From NCBI GenBank assembly GCA_002269645.1, contig NIVC01001473.1, forward strand, positions 1 to 36,998: a stretch of 36,998 nucleotides of DNA, given 5' to 3'. Below are positions 11,591 through 24,300 of this stretch, piece after piece. A model generated the notes under the pieces. The model saw nothing but the letters and a program-made list of their open reading frames with translations. It was not told the origin of the DNA and ran no database searches. Numbering within the stretch: the stretch's first letter is position 1; every line of letters begins with the position of its first letter. The position numbers and the translations under genes were made by a program. The DNA is from Macrostomum lignano (lineage: Eukaryota).

Positions 11591-14568
11591 TGAAAAAGTT
11601 AAAAATAATCCATGAATTCAGTACTAAAGCTGCTGCACTTCTTTTACCGAATATTATTGATAAGAACCAAAGCTTGTACGAGCGTAGTAGCTATAAGGCA
11701 AACCACCGACTGCTTCGTGTAGCAGATGCATGGATTCTGCTTCTTCTTACATCAGAGAGAGAAACTTATTATATACTATAGAGTGCCTGTTGGTCTCTGG
11801 GGAATGCGAATTAAAGGAAGCGATGTGGAATTCTGCAGAATTAAGTGATCTTAATCTCTTTGATGCCATCAAACTCGATGCTCTCTCTTTTTCCTCTTTC
11901 AGTCAGTCGGACTGAAGAATGGTTGGAACCGGCGGCCGCAGCTGTGCAGGCCCTTAGAATTGAAAGCCGAGCGCTTAGAGTTCGATCGAGAGAAAAAACT
12001 TCAACCAAAGCAGCTCGACAATTTCTGACCAAAAAAATTGGACGCATTCAGGCGGCTTCTGTTGTTCGCCAATATTTTTTCTAGGATGCGTTTGCATGTT
12101 CGAGGGACAGAAGAGAGCGAAGCGGACGAGCTGCAAAATGGAAAACATTTGGTTTCGGACGAAACGGAACGGCAAAATTAAAGAGAATGGATTGGACTAA
12201 AAACGTACTTTAGTTCGAATTCCTGTTACGTATAATCTCCAAAGTGACAGTTCACTCCATCAGCCCAGCGCAGCTGGATCTGTTTTGAAATTAAAGTACA
12301 AAAAATCTGACGGTTGTTTTAAATTCCAGACACGGACCACTGGAAGGTACGTCTACTTTAGTAGTCCTTGATTCCAGACAGAGTTTAGTTTAACAAAAGT
12401 AGGTTACTTTTTTAAAAGGACACTGGGATTAGCTTAGTTTGTAAAAAAACGGTCTGGCTAGCTTTTCATTCATATTTGTTCTAGTTTCTAAAACCGTTGC
12501 AAGCAAATGAAGTTTTCAAACGCAATACACGCATACATGAGCTGCATTAAGTACTGTAAGTAAGTAGTGCAGAGTTTTCATTCTATTTAAGAAGTCAAGC
12601 ATTCAGCTCAAGACGCATGTGTGCTTAGTTAGATGTTTTCACTAACCAAGCAGCGATCCAGGAAGCGCAATGTGTGAGCAATGGAACACGTACCATGGAA
12701 CGCCAATCCTGTAAACTGTCTGGTGGCCTCTCCAGCTCCATTTGCAAGGCGGGCATGAATTGTCTGAATTTAATTACTTCTCTGTGTCTTGAATTCAATG
12801 CTCTGCCTGTGGCGTCGCCGACCAAAGACGGTGTTGTAACCATAGACTAAAGTAGACGCATTGGTTGAGTATGTATGAATGGCAGTGTCTTAAAATGAAG
12901 TTAGTCAAAAACATTGGTGCACTCATAGCCATTCTCTACTACATCATTGTCGCAAACTTTCACTTCGACCCAATACCAATTTCAAAACGTTATTGTTTAA
13001 CACTTGCGATTGCCATAGACAACGAATCAATTGGAGCATGTTAATAACAAGTGTGTTTATGTTATATGTAACAGTTTAAAAGCATAGAGAAAAAATCCTT
13101 CATGTTTAAGAGTAGCATTACTATGAGTAGTAGTTATAACTGAAAAGCCAATAAATTACCCTCAACTAGTTACTGACGCCAGCAGATTCAAATTGTTACT
13201 TGTTGAAGGTAAACGTGCGGTTTTCGAAATGGCAATTTTCAAACATTCGTGAAACTTCGCTTCGGATATTTCTAACTGAAAAATAAAAAAGCTCCTCTTC
13301 TTGACTCAGAGTCACTTCACTTGTTTGCTCTTCGACTGCTCTGGTGTTCAAGGCTACAGTTTTTGCACACGATGGCTGACCTTCTTCCCCGATTGGTCGC
13401 CTTAAGGCAGCGCTTATAGCAGTCGATGCTCGACAAACAACGCGATTTATTTTTCTTGAGAGGTACTTTTGGCCAGTAATGCACATAATACTGCTGGCTG
13501 GGGTCGTGACCTGTTTCATGGAGGGCAGCAATGCGAGTCCTCTATATGACAAAGCCACATGCACAATTACATTGTAACACGATTCACCGTGCATTTAAAC
13601 GCTAAAAGCGTGCTTAAAAGGCTCGTGATCGCGTATTGACCAGAGTAATTTAATGCTCTAGAAATTTATCGTGATTAAAGTTTTGCTCAATAGTCGCGTC
13701 TTTCTTGCTGAAATTTCTGGAATTTGAAGCCCTGAATAATGAGTGCACAGTGTAGGAGCAGTGTAAAACTGCAATTACTATGGACAAGCCCCTCAGTTAC
13801 TAAGCTGCTGTAACTAGGTAACTATAGGTGCAAGATCCCATCAATTGGTGCTTGATGAAGCACCTTTCAAAAGGTTAATATCCGCATCTCATCGGACAAA
13901 TCTCTCAGACCAACTAAACTATTGAAGTGACGCGCCTTTGAATAGAGAAATGATGTTAAAAGAAAGGCGCAGAATCACATTTTTGTTTTAATCTAACAAC
14001 AGAAAACAGATATATTCCTAAGCAAGCAACATTCCTTTATTTTCTTCGATATGTGTTCATCAACCAACTCGCGTCGAAGCGCATAATAACAACGAAAGAG
14101 ACATTAACACCAAACACTGCAGAAAGATTTTCTAAAAAAACAGTTTACTGGAACGGAAGATTACACATAAGAGAAGATTAACTAATACAGTTGAAATTAA
14201 GCTGGGTTTTATTAAAGTATTTTCGTACAACATTCGCAAAAGCGACCGATCAAGTAAACGTATTGCTTTTTTCATACAACAATTTAAAAAAGACTCAGTA
14301 GTACTACTAAAACAGGTCCTAGTAGTTCACGAAGAATATGCTCTGTATTTGTTGTGATCAATTATGCTTATGAGAATGGCATACAACATGTATTAGGCAG
14401 TAATAATTGAATCTAATATATTGTTACACAGGAAACAGACGACAATGCAGTGTAAAACATGATGAGTAAAAATAATCGTGCTTAATCGTATATTTACTAA
14501 GCATTTCTTAGTGATTATAAACGTTTATAAACGCATGGTCAGTTAGTTTTTTTAATGAAATAATGTTT

Positions 14569-14617
14569 CTATGAATAGCCATTAACTGCGCTCTTTCTTT
14601 TTCGCCCCAACTTCGAT
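14569..14617 (-). CDS. unc-104: Kinesin last coding exon: (R)[15 protein letters not shown]
   Basis: Acceptor aatttcag|A TCG AAG, phase 2. Resembles the KIF1A C-terminus RSKLSRR. TAG at 14571-14569. Confidence 0.85.
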
Positions 14618-15330
14618 CTGAAATTGAGATGTTGGATAAAATTATTATTAATTAGTAACAGCATCTCAGTAAAGTCTAAACAAAGCCCAATAAATCGATG
14701 AAGGTTTAGTCACTCAACCAGGCACAATCGACCTCACCTCATCTGACCAGCCATCAGCGGATTAAACGCGTAGAGCCAGTCGTGGACCTCCTTGTCCTCT
14801 AGCATTGCATCAGGTAGCCACGATGCGGCGTGATCACCGTAAAGACGTTCTTAGCCCGCAGCATGGCCTGCTGTTCTTCGCTGTACTCAATCTGTGCGGT
14901 AGCTAAGTTAATAAAGCCCCGTTCAACAGGATCTCGCTCGTTCTGGTAGATGTAGAGAAACGGCCTCCTGACAACGACCCAGCGGCGTACCCAGCCTCCC
15001 GACTTCTCCTCCAGAAAGTTCAAGTAACCGCGCCGAGACACCTGTGGCGAGGCGCGAATCTCGTCGCACTGACCAATGAGGCTGCCTGGTCGCAAGCTGT
15101 CCAGCGGATTCTGACTGGCTGACTCGCCAGCGCCTCCGCTAGCCGAGCTCATCACGCTCTCCATGGTCGGCGATTTCTGCATCATGTTAGCCAGCCCACC
15201 GCTGCCACCACCGAAGCTGGTGAGGGAGGCGAACGATGCTGACGGCGAATGACGCATCTGCGGACGCCATATTTCGGACATGCCGCTGGCGTAAGATATT
15301 GCCGAGGGTAGGGCCGCACGGATCTGTGGT

Positions 15331-15390
<60 letters not shown>

Positions 15391-18300
15391 GGAGCTGGCG
15401 GTGCTTGCGGCTGCTGCGGCAGCGTTGGCTGCAACTGAGTTGTCGGAGTACTAGCAGCTGGCAGTAGCTGGGTTCGCCCACTACTCAAAAGTTGCAGACA
15501 CTTTCGAATCAAGAGCTGCTCGCGGCTGAAGTTTTGTTTAACCTAAAGAGAGTCAGTAGCAGAGTAAGTAGGTGCGTATTTTCAGCATTAATCTTTAACC
15601 TTACTTTTCCATTGCCTACTACGAAAACGTCAAACCACCAAATCCTTGAAACGTCACAGTACTTACTTCATCGGGAATGTCGTCCAGCACTGAATAGCTG
15701 GGACTCCGGGCCAACCCGCAACCGCCGCTGCCCAGCTCGCCGCCTCCAACGCTGACTCCACTGGACGAAATGTCGTCTCCCGCGCCCCGGCTGCCGCCGC
15801 TGCCGCAGCCGCCTCAGCGTCCATCGTAGTCAGAGCATCAATTCGACCATCTTGTGCCAGCTTCTCCCTCAGCTGCAGTGTGTGGCGCGCCTTCTCTACC
15901 AGCTCCAGCCGGACCAGTCGCTCCAACTCCCATTGATGCTCGACAATCAAGGAGTCCGACCTGGGCCGCCAGCCTTTGAGATTCTCCTCGCCGCGAACGT
16001 AGGCAAAGTTGGTGCTACCACCACCGCCGCCGCTGCCTCCGCTCGCTGTGCTGGCGTCCAGAAGGCGCCGAGAACGACGGGTCGCTGCGGATGTTGCATG
16101 ATCAGGTCGTCGATACTGTAGATCAGCCCAAGTATCAATGGTGATTTTTTACCTACCTTTTTCAGAAACCTGATAGATTTGCAGGTCGTACACAGTGGTG
16201 ACCCGGTTCACATCTTGAGGCCGGCACCAGCTGCCAAACAGTTGCTTGATTGATCTGTCGGTGTTTAATTGAACGAACTCAGTCACTTCGAGTGACTATA
16301 TAACCACTGTATAATCCGATTTGCAAGTGCGAATCAATAAAAGTTTTAGGCCAGCACACGAAAATAGAGTAATCATTGCATGTAAATGTATTCTGGTTAA
16401 ATTTTATTTGGTATCTAACAGGTACTTATGCGACATCAGTTTGTTATTTATAATCGTTTCCATTATAGAAAAAGTACGTGTGAAACAACAATCGAGTTTT
16501 ATTTAAAATACAACACGAATACTAAATATAGTGCTGTCCTTAAAACTTATAAATTGTAATTCTATGTACACTGAGTACTGATGTTTTTCAGAATGACTGA
16601 AACACACTGAAAGCAGCTTATGCAATGTGCGCGCGTGTTAATTTCAGATAGTTTAGATAGAAACGGGACGTGAACACTTCAAAACAGCAATTGTCGAGCA
16701 AGGGAGCAACGAGTATATAAGCATTTCAGAATGACGGCTTCAAGATTTAATCGCTTTACAGACGGAGCGATAACAGAGAAAGCTCAAGATTTTATGATGG
16801 AAAGATAATAATTTTTCCACTCGATAGCTGCTTGATGCGAGCTAAGACGGTATGCTCAAGGATTTGCTCATCTACGAAAATAAAAAAGCAAAGCGCAGTT
16901 GAAAAAAGGAAAAAAACTCTAAGAACAGAATGCATTCTAAATAAAAGAAAAATATACTCAAAAATTAGTGCTCTCTGACTTAGCATCTTTTCTGTTAATT
17001 ACATCAAAGCAGCCTTAATTTTTTAGGTTATTTTGTTAGCTACTTTGTTTAACGCCATTATGACTGATTGCTACTCACAGTGAGACATTTTGCGTGATGC
17101 TGCCAATGTTAAAAAAAAGGAGGGTAATAAAAGTGACAGAGTATTTAGCTAATATTGAGTTTGGTAAATCGCACTTGAAAGATAGATAAATTAATCTATA
17201 AATCTAAGAACTAAAAAAGTAAAAAACGCTCTTTTGCTTTTTAGAAGAGCTGGACTTCTGTACTTCAAATAAAAGCAACTAGACAGCACTTTAACATAAA
17301 AAATAGCAAAATATTTTCTTTCTACAACCTGTTATTGTTCTGTTATTAACCTGAGGCGCTAACAAATAAAGTGTGGCATCATTGCAACTACAAAGATTCA
17401 GTTATGTCGGTTTTCAGTCATGGACAGCCGAATTTTAGAAGCTTCAGATTTCCAGGTTTTCAGTTTTAGAGGTCTTTATTATAAACAAAATATAAAAACA
17501 TTGAAAGAGATATTAATATATTCAAGACTTAAGACTCAGGAAGTATGAGTAAAAGACGTAGAATGAGGCCAACAAAAATGTGATTTTAAAATTTGACATG
17601 GAAATGGAATTATAGTCATCTAACGGTCTGTCTGACTGATTGGGTTTGTGTTCTGTCTGAGTTTCTGCATTTTCTGATAGCTCTATCAGCAGTAGTTAAA
17701 ATCAAACTTGAGCTACAACAACTGTATGCCAGAAACTTCTTAACATTTACACACGTAGCAGCGTACGAAGTACTTCATTGGCTTACCTGGGCACCGTGAG
17801 CTTTGTATCCCTAGGATAGATGACCAACGCCAGGTCCTTGGTGACACACACGGGCTGACAGCATCCCTCAATGTCCACGTAGCAGGTAACAGTCAGGTAG
17901 ACTCGCTCGCCCGTAGGCGTGACAGTATTTAGAAGTGGACTCTCGTGCAGCGAGCTGTCCCAAGACGCTTCGAACCGAGTGTAGACTCGCTCGTCACCTT
18001 CCAAGCCGCTACTAGCACCCGACTGACTGGACGACAGATTGCCAGCCTGAATCAGGCTCAACGATTGAACTCGCGACTGCATCTCACCGGACGCGTCCAG
18101 GCCCGAGTCGAACGAGTCGCGAACCCGACCGACCACGAGTTCGCGAGCTTCGCGTACTGCAGCCTCCGGCGGTCCGGGCTCGTGGGCCAGAGTGACGCCC
18201 AGTCTGCGCTGCAGACCGTGACGCAGCAGGAAGACACCCTGGCAGGGAGCGTCTTCCGAATGGTCGACAGCAACAGGCGTGTAGTCTCCGGTTGGCGCCA

Positions 18301-21300
18301 GTTCCAGCATTTCAAAGCTGGCTAGCAGGTCGAAACGAGTCTAAAATTACGGACGAATCGTAAATTGATTTGATCAGAACTGAGTTTGTCGTACTCCAAG
18401 TCCAATTAACAGACTATGAGAGTAAAAAATTAAACTGCAACCGTTTAGACACGACTAATGAAGCCCATTGTAACATTTGTCTAAATAAATGTGTCAGCTT
18501 GCTAAAGGTTATCATGACTATTAAATGCGTCTTGGGTCAAAAAATCCAAAAATGTGCCAATTGTATCATTTAAGGCGCCATGGGCTGCATAAAGGTCCTC
18601 TAAGGTGTTCAAGAGTCTCATAAAGAATATCTAGATATACGTCATTGAGTTCCGTGTTGCTTTCAATTCATTATCAAATAAATTTCGGACATTCGACTCT
18701 CGTTTAGGCATTTTTTATCGATTATCGTAATTTTCGGCATGGATCTCGACTGAAAATGTATTAGATGTCCTAACTACCAATCTAGTGCCCCCCTTCGGGG
18801 CGGTTGATAAACAGGGAGCAAAAATTAAAAATTAAAAAATATGCAATTCCGTTAAAAAAACACATTTTCTTAGGAACCAATTCATTCTTCAGTTTTATAA
18901 ATCACCTTATTCGAGCAAAATTGTCACGGGCAAAAATGTTTGCTATAAATCTCTCTTTTCTAAAAGTAACAAAAGGATCGAAGCTACAAAAAAGCCTTTA
19001 CTAAGATAGCAGGCATTCCCCCTAAATATTGAAAAAAATAGAAAAAGCATCCCACAGATAGAAAGCATCCCCCAAAAAGCAAGCATCCCTAAATAGCAAG
19101 CATACCCCAGATAGCAAGCATCCCCCAGATAGCAAGCATCCCCCAGATAGCAAGCATCCCCCAGATAGCAAGCATCCCCCAGATAGCAAGCATCCCCCAG
19201 ATAGCAAGCATCCCCCCAAATAGCAAGCACCCCCCAGATTGCAAGCATCCCCCCAAATAGCAAGCATCCCCCAGATTGCAAGCATCCCCCAAATAGCAAG
19301 CATCCCCCAAATAGCAAGCATCCCCCCAAATAGCAAGCATCCCCCAGATATCAAGCATCCCCCAAATAGCAAGCATCCCCCAAATAGCAAGCATCCCCAG
19401 ATATCAAGCATCCCCCCAAATAGCAAGCATCCCCCCAAATAGCAAGCATCCCCCAGATTGCAAGCATCCCCCAAATACTAGATGTCTTAAAAGTCGAAAT
19501 TAAACTGATAAGAAGCATTCTAATGTAGGCAAAGCCTTACATGCAACGGTCCCACTGATGCGGCAGTCAGACCAGTGGACAGCAGCAGAGGCGGCGGAAC
19601 CAGCCGAACTGGCGGCACCGGCATCGCAGCGGACTGGGCCGAGGCCTGGCGCCAGCGCTGCTTCTGCTGGGCTGGCGGAGACGAAGAGTCTTTAGACGAC
19701 GTCGCCGCGCCACCCAACGAGGACAGTCCGCTGTGGCTGGACTCGGAGACGATGAGGCTGCCCAAACCTCCACCAACTCCGCTGCCTCCGCCTCCGGCGT
19801 TCTGGTGTCCGTACACCTCGAACACCAGCGGCTGATTGCGCAGATAATCGACAAAGGCTCGCGTGACCACGGTGGCAAAATTCTGCTCGTGATAAAAGCC
19901 AACAGGCTCTCCAGTTTCGGCCGCGTTTTTAGTCGGCTCGGTACTGAAAGTCTCCTCGGCCCGGTGCATGAAGCTGTACTGACAGAACACGTCTGAGAAC
20001 TCCGGTCCGATGCCCACCGCTTGCAGGACTGTGACGCGGAAGGACACGCTCCGGCCTAGGGTCAGGTGTTCCGGCAGCGAAGCCGGATTGAAGTCCAGGC
20101 TTTGGTCAATGTCCTGGGTTGCGGTGGCTGCGGAGCTCGCTGCCAACAGGTTGGACGTCGCTAATACGGGGCCTTCAATGTCGTCGTCGGCACCGGAAAT
20201 TGACGAGGCTGTCGGGCTTTTACGAATGGCGGCCAATGCGGCCGCCGCTGCCTTCTTTGCAAAGTAGTCCTTGTCGTCGAACTGCAGTCGAGCACTGCCG
20301 GACTGTCGAACTCCGCCGGAGCTGCCTTCAACAGAATCTTCGGCTACGATTTGAACTGCCACGCGTAGGAAACCCTTGACCACGCCTTTCTCGCTGACCA
20401 CAGCGGCTCGATGAATTAGAGGGACGTTGTAGTACAGATTGGACAGGTGAACGAATGCTCTGAAAGTTGTAAGACAGTGGATTTCTAAGCAACAAGTGGC
20501 AACCTAAACTGTTTTCTTTGAAATAAAGCCGGAAAACTTACCGGCCGATCAAGCGAAACCATGGAAACCGATCGTAGAAAGGATCTCGTGCTGGAGCGGT
20601 GGTTACAGCAACAGCCGAGTTGTTCGATTCAGACAGTCCGCTGTCGACTTCCTGACGGTACAGATCCCTGATTAGCTCTAGGCGCTGTCTGAAACGAAGA
20701 AAAGCTCACAATTTAGCGTTGATCCTTCTTTTTGTGATTGGCTCTGCTTCTAAGAAGGGTTTTCAGGTTTCTTATGCCTTTCAGCACTGCTGGCATCGAA
20801 CTTGCACCGAAAGAGGCATCCCTAGCACATTACCATTCTGTTCGAGATCAAGGTGACAGTTGATCCGCAAGTAACAGATAGCTATTCCCATTTCTCTGAC
20901 CTTAAGCACGCACACGGATGAGTAAGTATACATCGTCAGGGATGTACACTCTCCGTACCCTGGAGGTTGACCCTTATAGTGTGCTGTCAGAGAAAGTTAG
21001 ACACTACAGATAGTCCTGCAGGGGTTTGTAGTCTAGTGATTAGAGCGTTGGACTCACAACTGAAAAGTCGGGGGTTCGATTTTCGACCCATTCGGATCAA
21101 TTTGTGTACTTGAGCAAGACACTTAACACTTAACTCTGCTTTGCTTCAGTTCACCCAGCTGTAAAATGAGTGCCAGCTGGGGTAATTGAGGATGTGTGTG
21201 GCGACCCCCCAGTCCTTGACTGAACAGCCGTACGCAGCCTTCAGATGCGCCGCGCAATAGCTGCGGCTGAGCTGTCGGTTGCACATCACCCAGATTCGAA

Positions 21301-24300
21301 AGAAAACCTACCTGAACTTCTCCAAGCTCCAATGGTGCACGGCGCCATTCTTCAGGTCCTGCACCTCGATGGCCAGCACGGTGCGCGGATACTGACGACC
21401 CGAAAAGTCGCCTGGCAACAAATCCGGGCCCAGCGGTGTGTAGGCCGTGTCAGTCAGCAGCGCGAACTGGAACTGAACCTGAAAGATCCAAATCTAAAGG
21501 CATTATATTACTCATATCTACTTAGCAGTAGTATCACTAAAGGCTTCTTGCTCATTTCCACCGCCACATTGAAGGCCGCAGATTATTTGCAAGTTCTGGT
21601 ATAAAATCTATTCGCATAAGCGTGTTTACACACATGTTACACAAAACATTTACGGCAACATATTTATGAATAATGCCCATGACTTACAGAAGGCTGAAAG
21701 ATATCGTACATATATTTTGGATTTCTGAATTGCAATGATAGGGACAAGTAGACAGTTTTGATATTTGAAACTTTGTAGTCCTGAAATTACTCAAAGCTTG
21801 AAAATAATATACAAAGAAAGATTGTAAAAAGCAAAGTCGATAGCTTAGTGTATAAGATCGAGATTTTACTCAGCAACGACAGATAGTAGAAGTTCAGCGA
21901 ACGGATTCATATTACAACAGTGCTACTTATTAGTAAAGCATCGCGAACTGGCACTGCCAAAAGCTATAATGCAAGTATCATTGATACTGTATCAACAGCC
22001 AAAAAATTGAATTAGAGAACTACGGCCTACAAGGCTTCGAAATTTTTTGTCCATCATGCTTTTGGACGCTTAAATTACAGATGACAAGACATGTTCTATT
22101 GCAATGACGTGTTTTCATGGTATTAATTTGCTGCTTCAGATATCTCAGCTGTCCAATAAAACTGTTAAAAATTATTCGGTAAAAACACAGATACTAGAAT
22201 AAACTAGATGGGCCACAGATTTCTACTTTCAGATCAGTAGCAAAGAAGAATACGTATAAGAATATAAGACAGCTGAATGACTTTGATAAGGAAACGCTAT
22301 ACAACTTGCTAATTGGTTCAGCAATAATGTACATTAGCCAGTCCACTGAAATGTACATGGCAGCTTTAGGCTGGAATTCCGAGAAAGGCAATAAAAATTG
22401 GGGCGGGTGGGGTGGTTAAGTGTTGAAAGGCACCGTGGGGTGGTAGAGTAGGAGCCAAATAATGAGCCTCGCTTTAAAAATACATTAAAATGCGTCCGTT
22501 TAACTTGCTACTGAACTGAAAGTAGCTTACATGCAAATGTGCTGAGTGGCCCATCTAGTTATTCTAGTATCTGTGGGTAAAAATATTGTTCAGAAACTAA
22601 ACTGTTACTTTGCTGGCTTTTTTGTCCAAGTCACCTGCTAGGTCGCTCAGAGCAATTTTGTTAGTTTTAAAAATAAGCTACTTTGTATAGGAATCGCAGA
22701 GGAAGAACAACTGATAGTGTCACAACGACAAAGGAATGTCTCACTACATGTACCTAGAAAGTTAGAATTTGGTCCCAAAAATATTATAATGGGAAATTAA
22801 TCGGTTCTAGTTGAAGCTATAGGAACTTCAAAACAATAATTGCAGCTACCTTGATTTGCCAAGCAGGCTGCAGTAATAGGCGGCAACCCTTGATTAAAAA
22901 GTTGGGAAAATTGGTGGTTCAGAGAGGATGGAACTCTAAGAGTAAGAGTACTATATAGTGCAAGTTAGGCATACAATCACGGAACTTTTTGTTTTTATTG
23001 TTTCATGTTTTTAATTTATTAACTATCAATGAAGACTCTATGTAGTAAAATAGTTGCCTTCTTTAAATTTGAAGCATTATACATAAAGTACTAGGCTTGT
23101 AAAACAAACTTACTGTGCATAATGACTAGAAGAACGTGAAAATTGGTCTCTCTCTAAGGGATCAATTACTAGCTATTATGGAATTCTAAGTTTCGAGGCT
23201 AGAAGTTTGAAAAATACTAACAAATTAAGTATTATTTTCTTTGTTAAAATACTGTTAAAAAACTTTTTGAAGTGTCGTTGAAGTGTTGTAGTGTTGTTGG
23301 GGTGCGTTGTTGGAGTGTTGGTGAGTTTTCAGAATTGTTTTTAAAGTTTCTTGCAAAAATACCGGAAGAACTAGATAGGCCACGCGGCACGTTTGCATGT
23401 AAGCTACTTTCAGTTCAGTAGTAAGTTAGACAGAATCATTTTAATGAGTTTTAACCCCCCACCCCGCTCAAATTTTTATTGCATTTCTCGGAATTCCAGG
23501 CTAAAGCTGCCATGTACATTTCAGTGGCGCTGGCTAATGTACATTATTTCTGAACCAATTAGCAAGTTGTTTACGCTTGCAAGCTTGGGCTTCCAAACTT
23601 ATCAAAGTCATTATTTTATTTTTATAAAATAGCTTATGTATTCTTCTTTGCTACTGAACTGAAAGTAGAAAGCTGTTTTACTAAGTATATATGCCTGAGT
23701 GGCCCATCTAGTCTAGATTTTGTCACAAAAACTCATTTTAAAGAGCTTGTTTAGTTTCCATAGATTTTTGTGGTAAAAATTAAAAGGAGAATTGAAGGAG
23801 AGTTGAAAGTAGCAAGTTCGCTGAGCACAGTGTTAGCAATGTACTTGTCTATGAAACGCTCGTGCGGCCTTCAATTACCGTAAATAAAAAGTACACAGTT
23901 ATACACAGTTAAGACATAACCAAGCAGGTGACTGGAGATTTACTTTCCAGCTCAGGTGAAAATGCACGGACTTTAACCAACGCATTCTTCGTACCATATT
24001 GACTATGTTAAATGTAGCAAATAAAATTGATTAAATAAAGCTAAATAGTTGCCATAAGTGAGGTTAGTCTTACCCTTAGCGACGTGTACTGATGATCTTT
24101 CCACTTGGAGAAAGCCCAGTTTGCCAAAGAGAACTCACGACGACTCCATTTCGCTGCAAGGTATATTTAGTACTCGTAATATTAACGATAGCTATCTTTA
24201 TCATGCTAATTCGATTACTTCACAACAAGTGCCCGTTTATTGGAACAAACCTCTTTCATCGGCTTCGGTGGCTTCTGAATCGTCAGCTAGGCAGCACGAA

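Noticed and set aside
13196-13594. 132-aa minus-strand ORF downstream of the kinesin stop
   Set aside because: No recognisable motif, no clear splice sites, and it lies beyond the kinesin stop codon.
16116-16120. Alternative kinesin acceptor ctacag|TAT
   Set aside because: Phase 0, incompatible with the phase-1 upstream donor, and it would leave a 41-nt intron. The acceptor at 16085 fits.
18943-19474. GGMLAIW / GDACYL ORFs
   Set aside because: Translation of the minisatellite inside the Helitron-like element.
21530-21600. Minus-strand [12 protein letters not shown] as the missing ...[10 protein letters not shown] exon
   Set aside because: No LWGN motif, in-frame stop upstream, and no suitable donor or acceptor.
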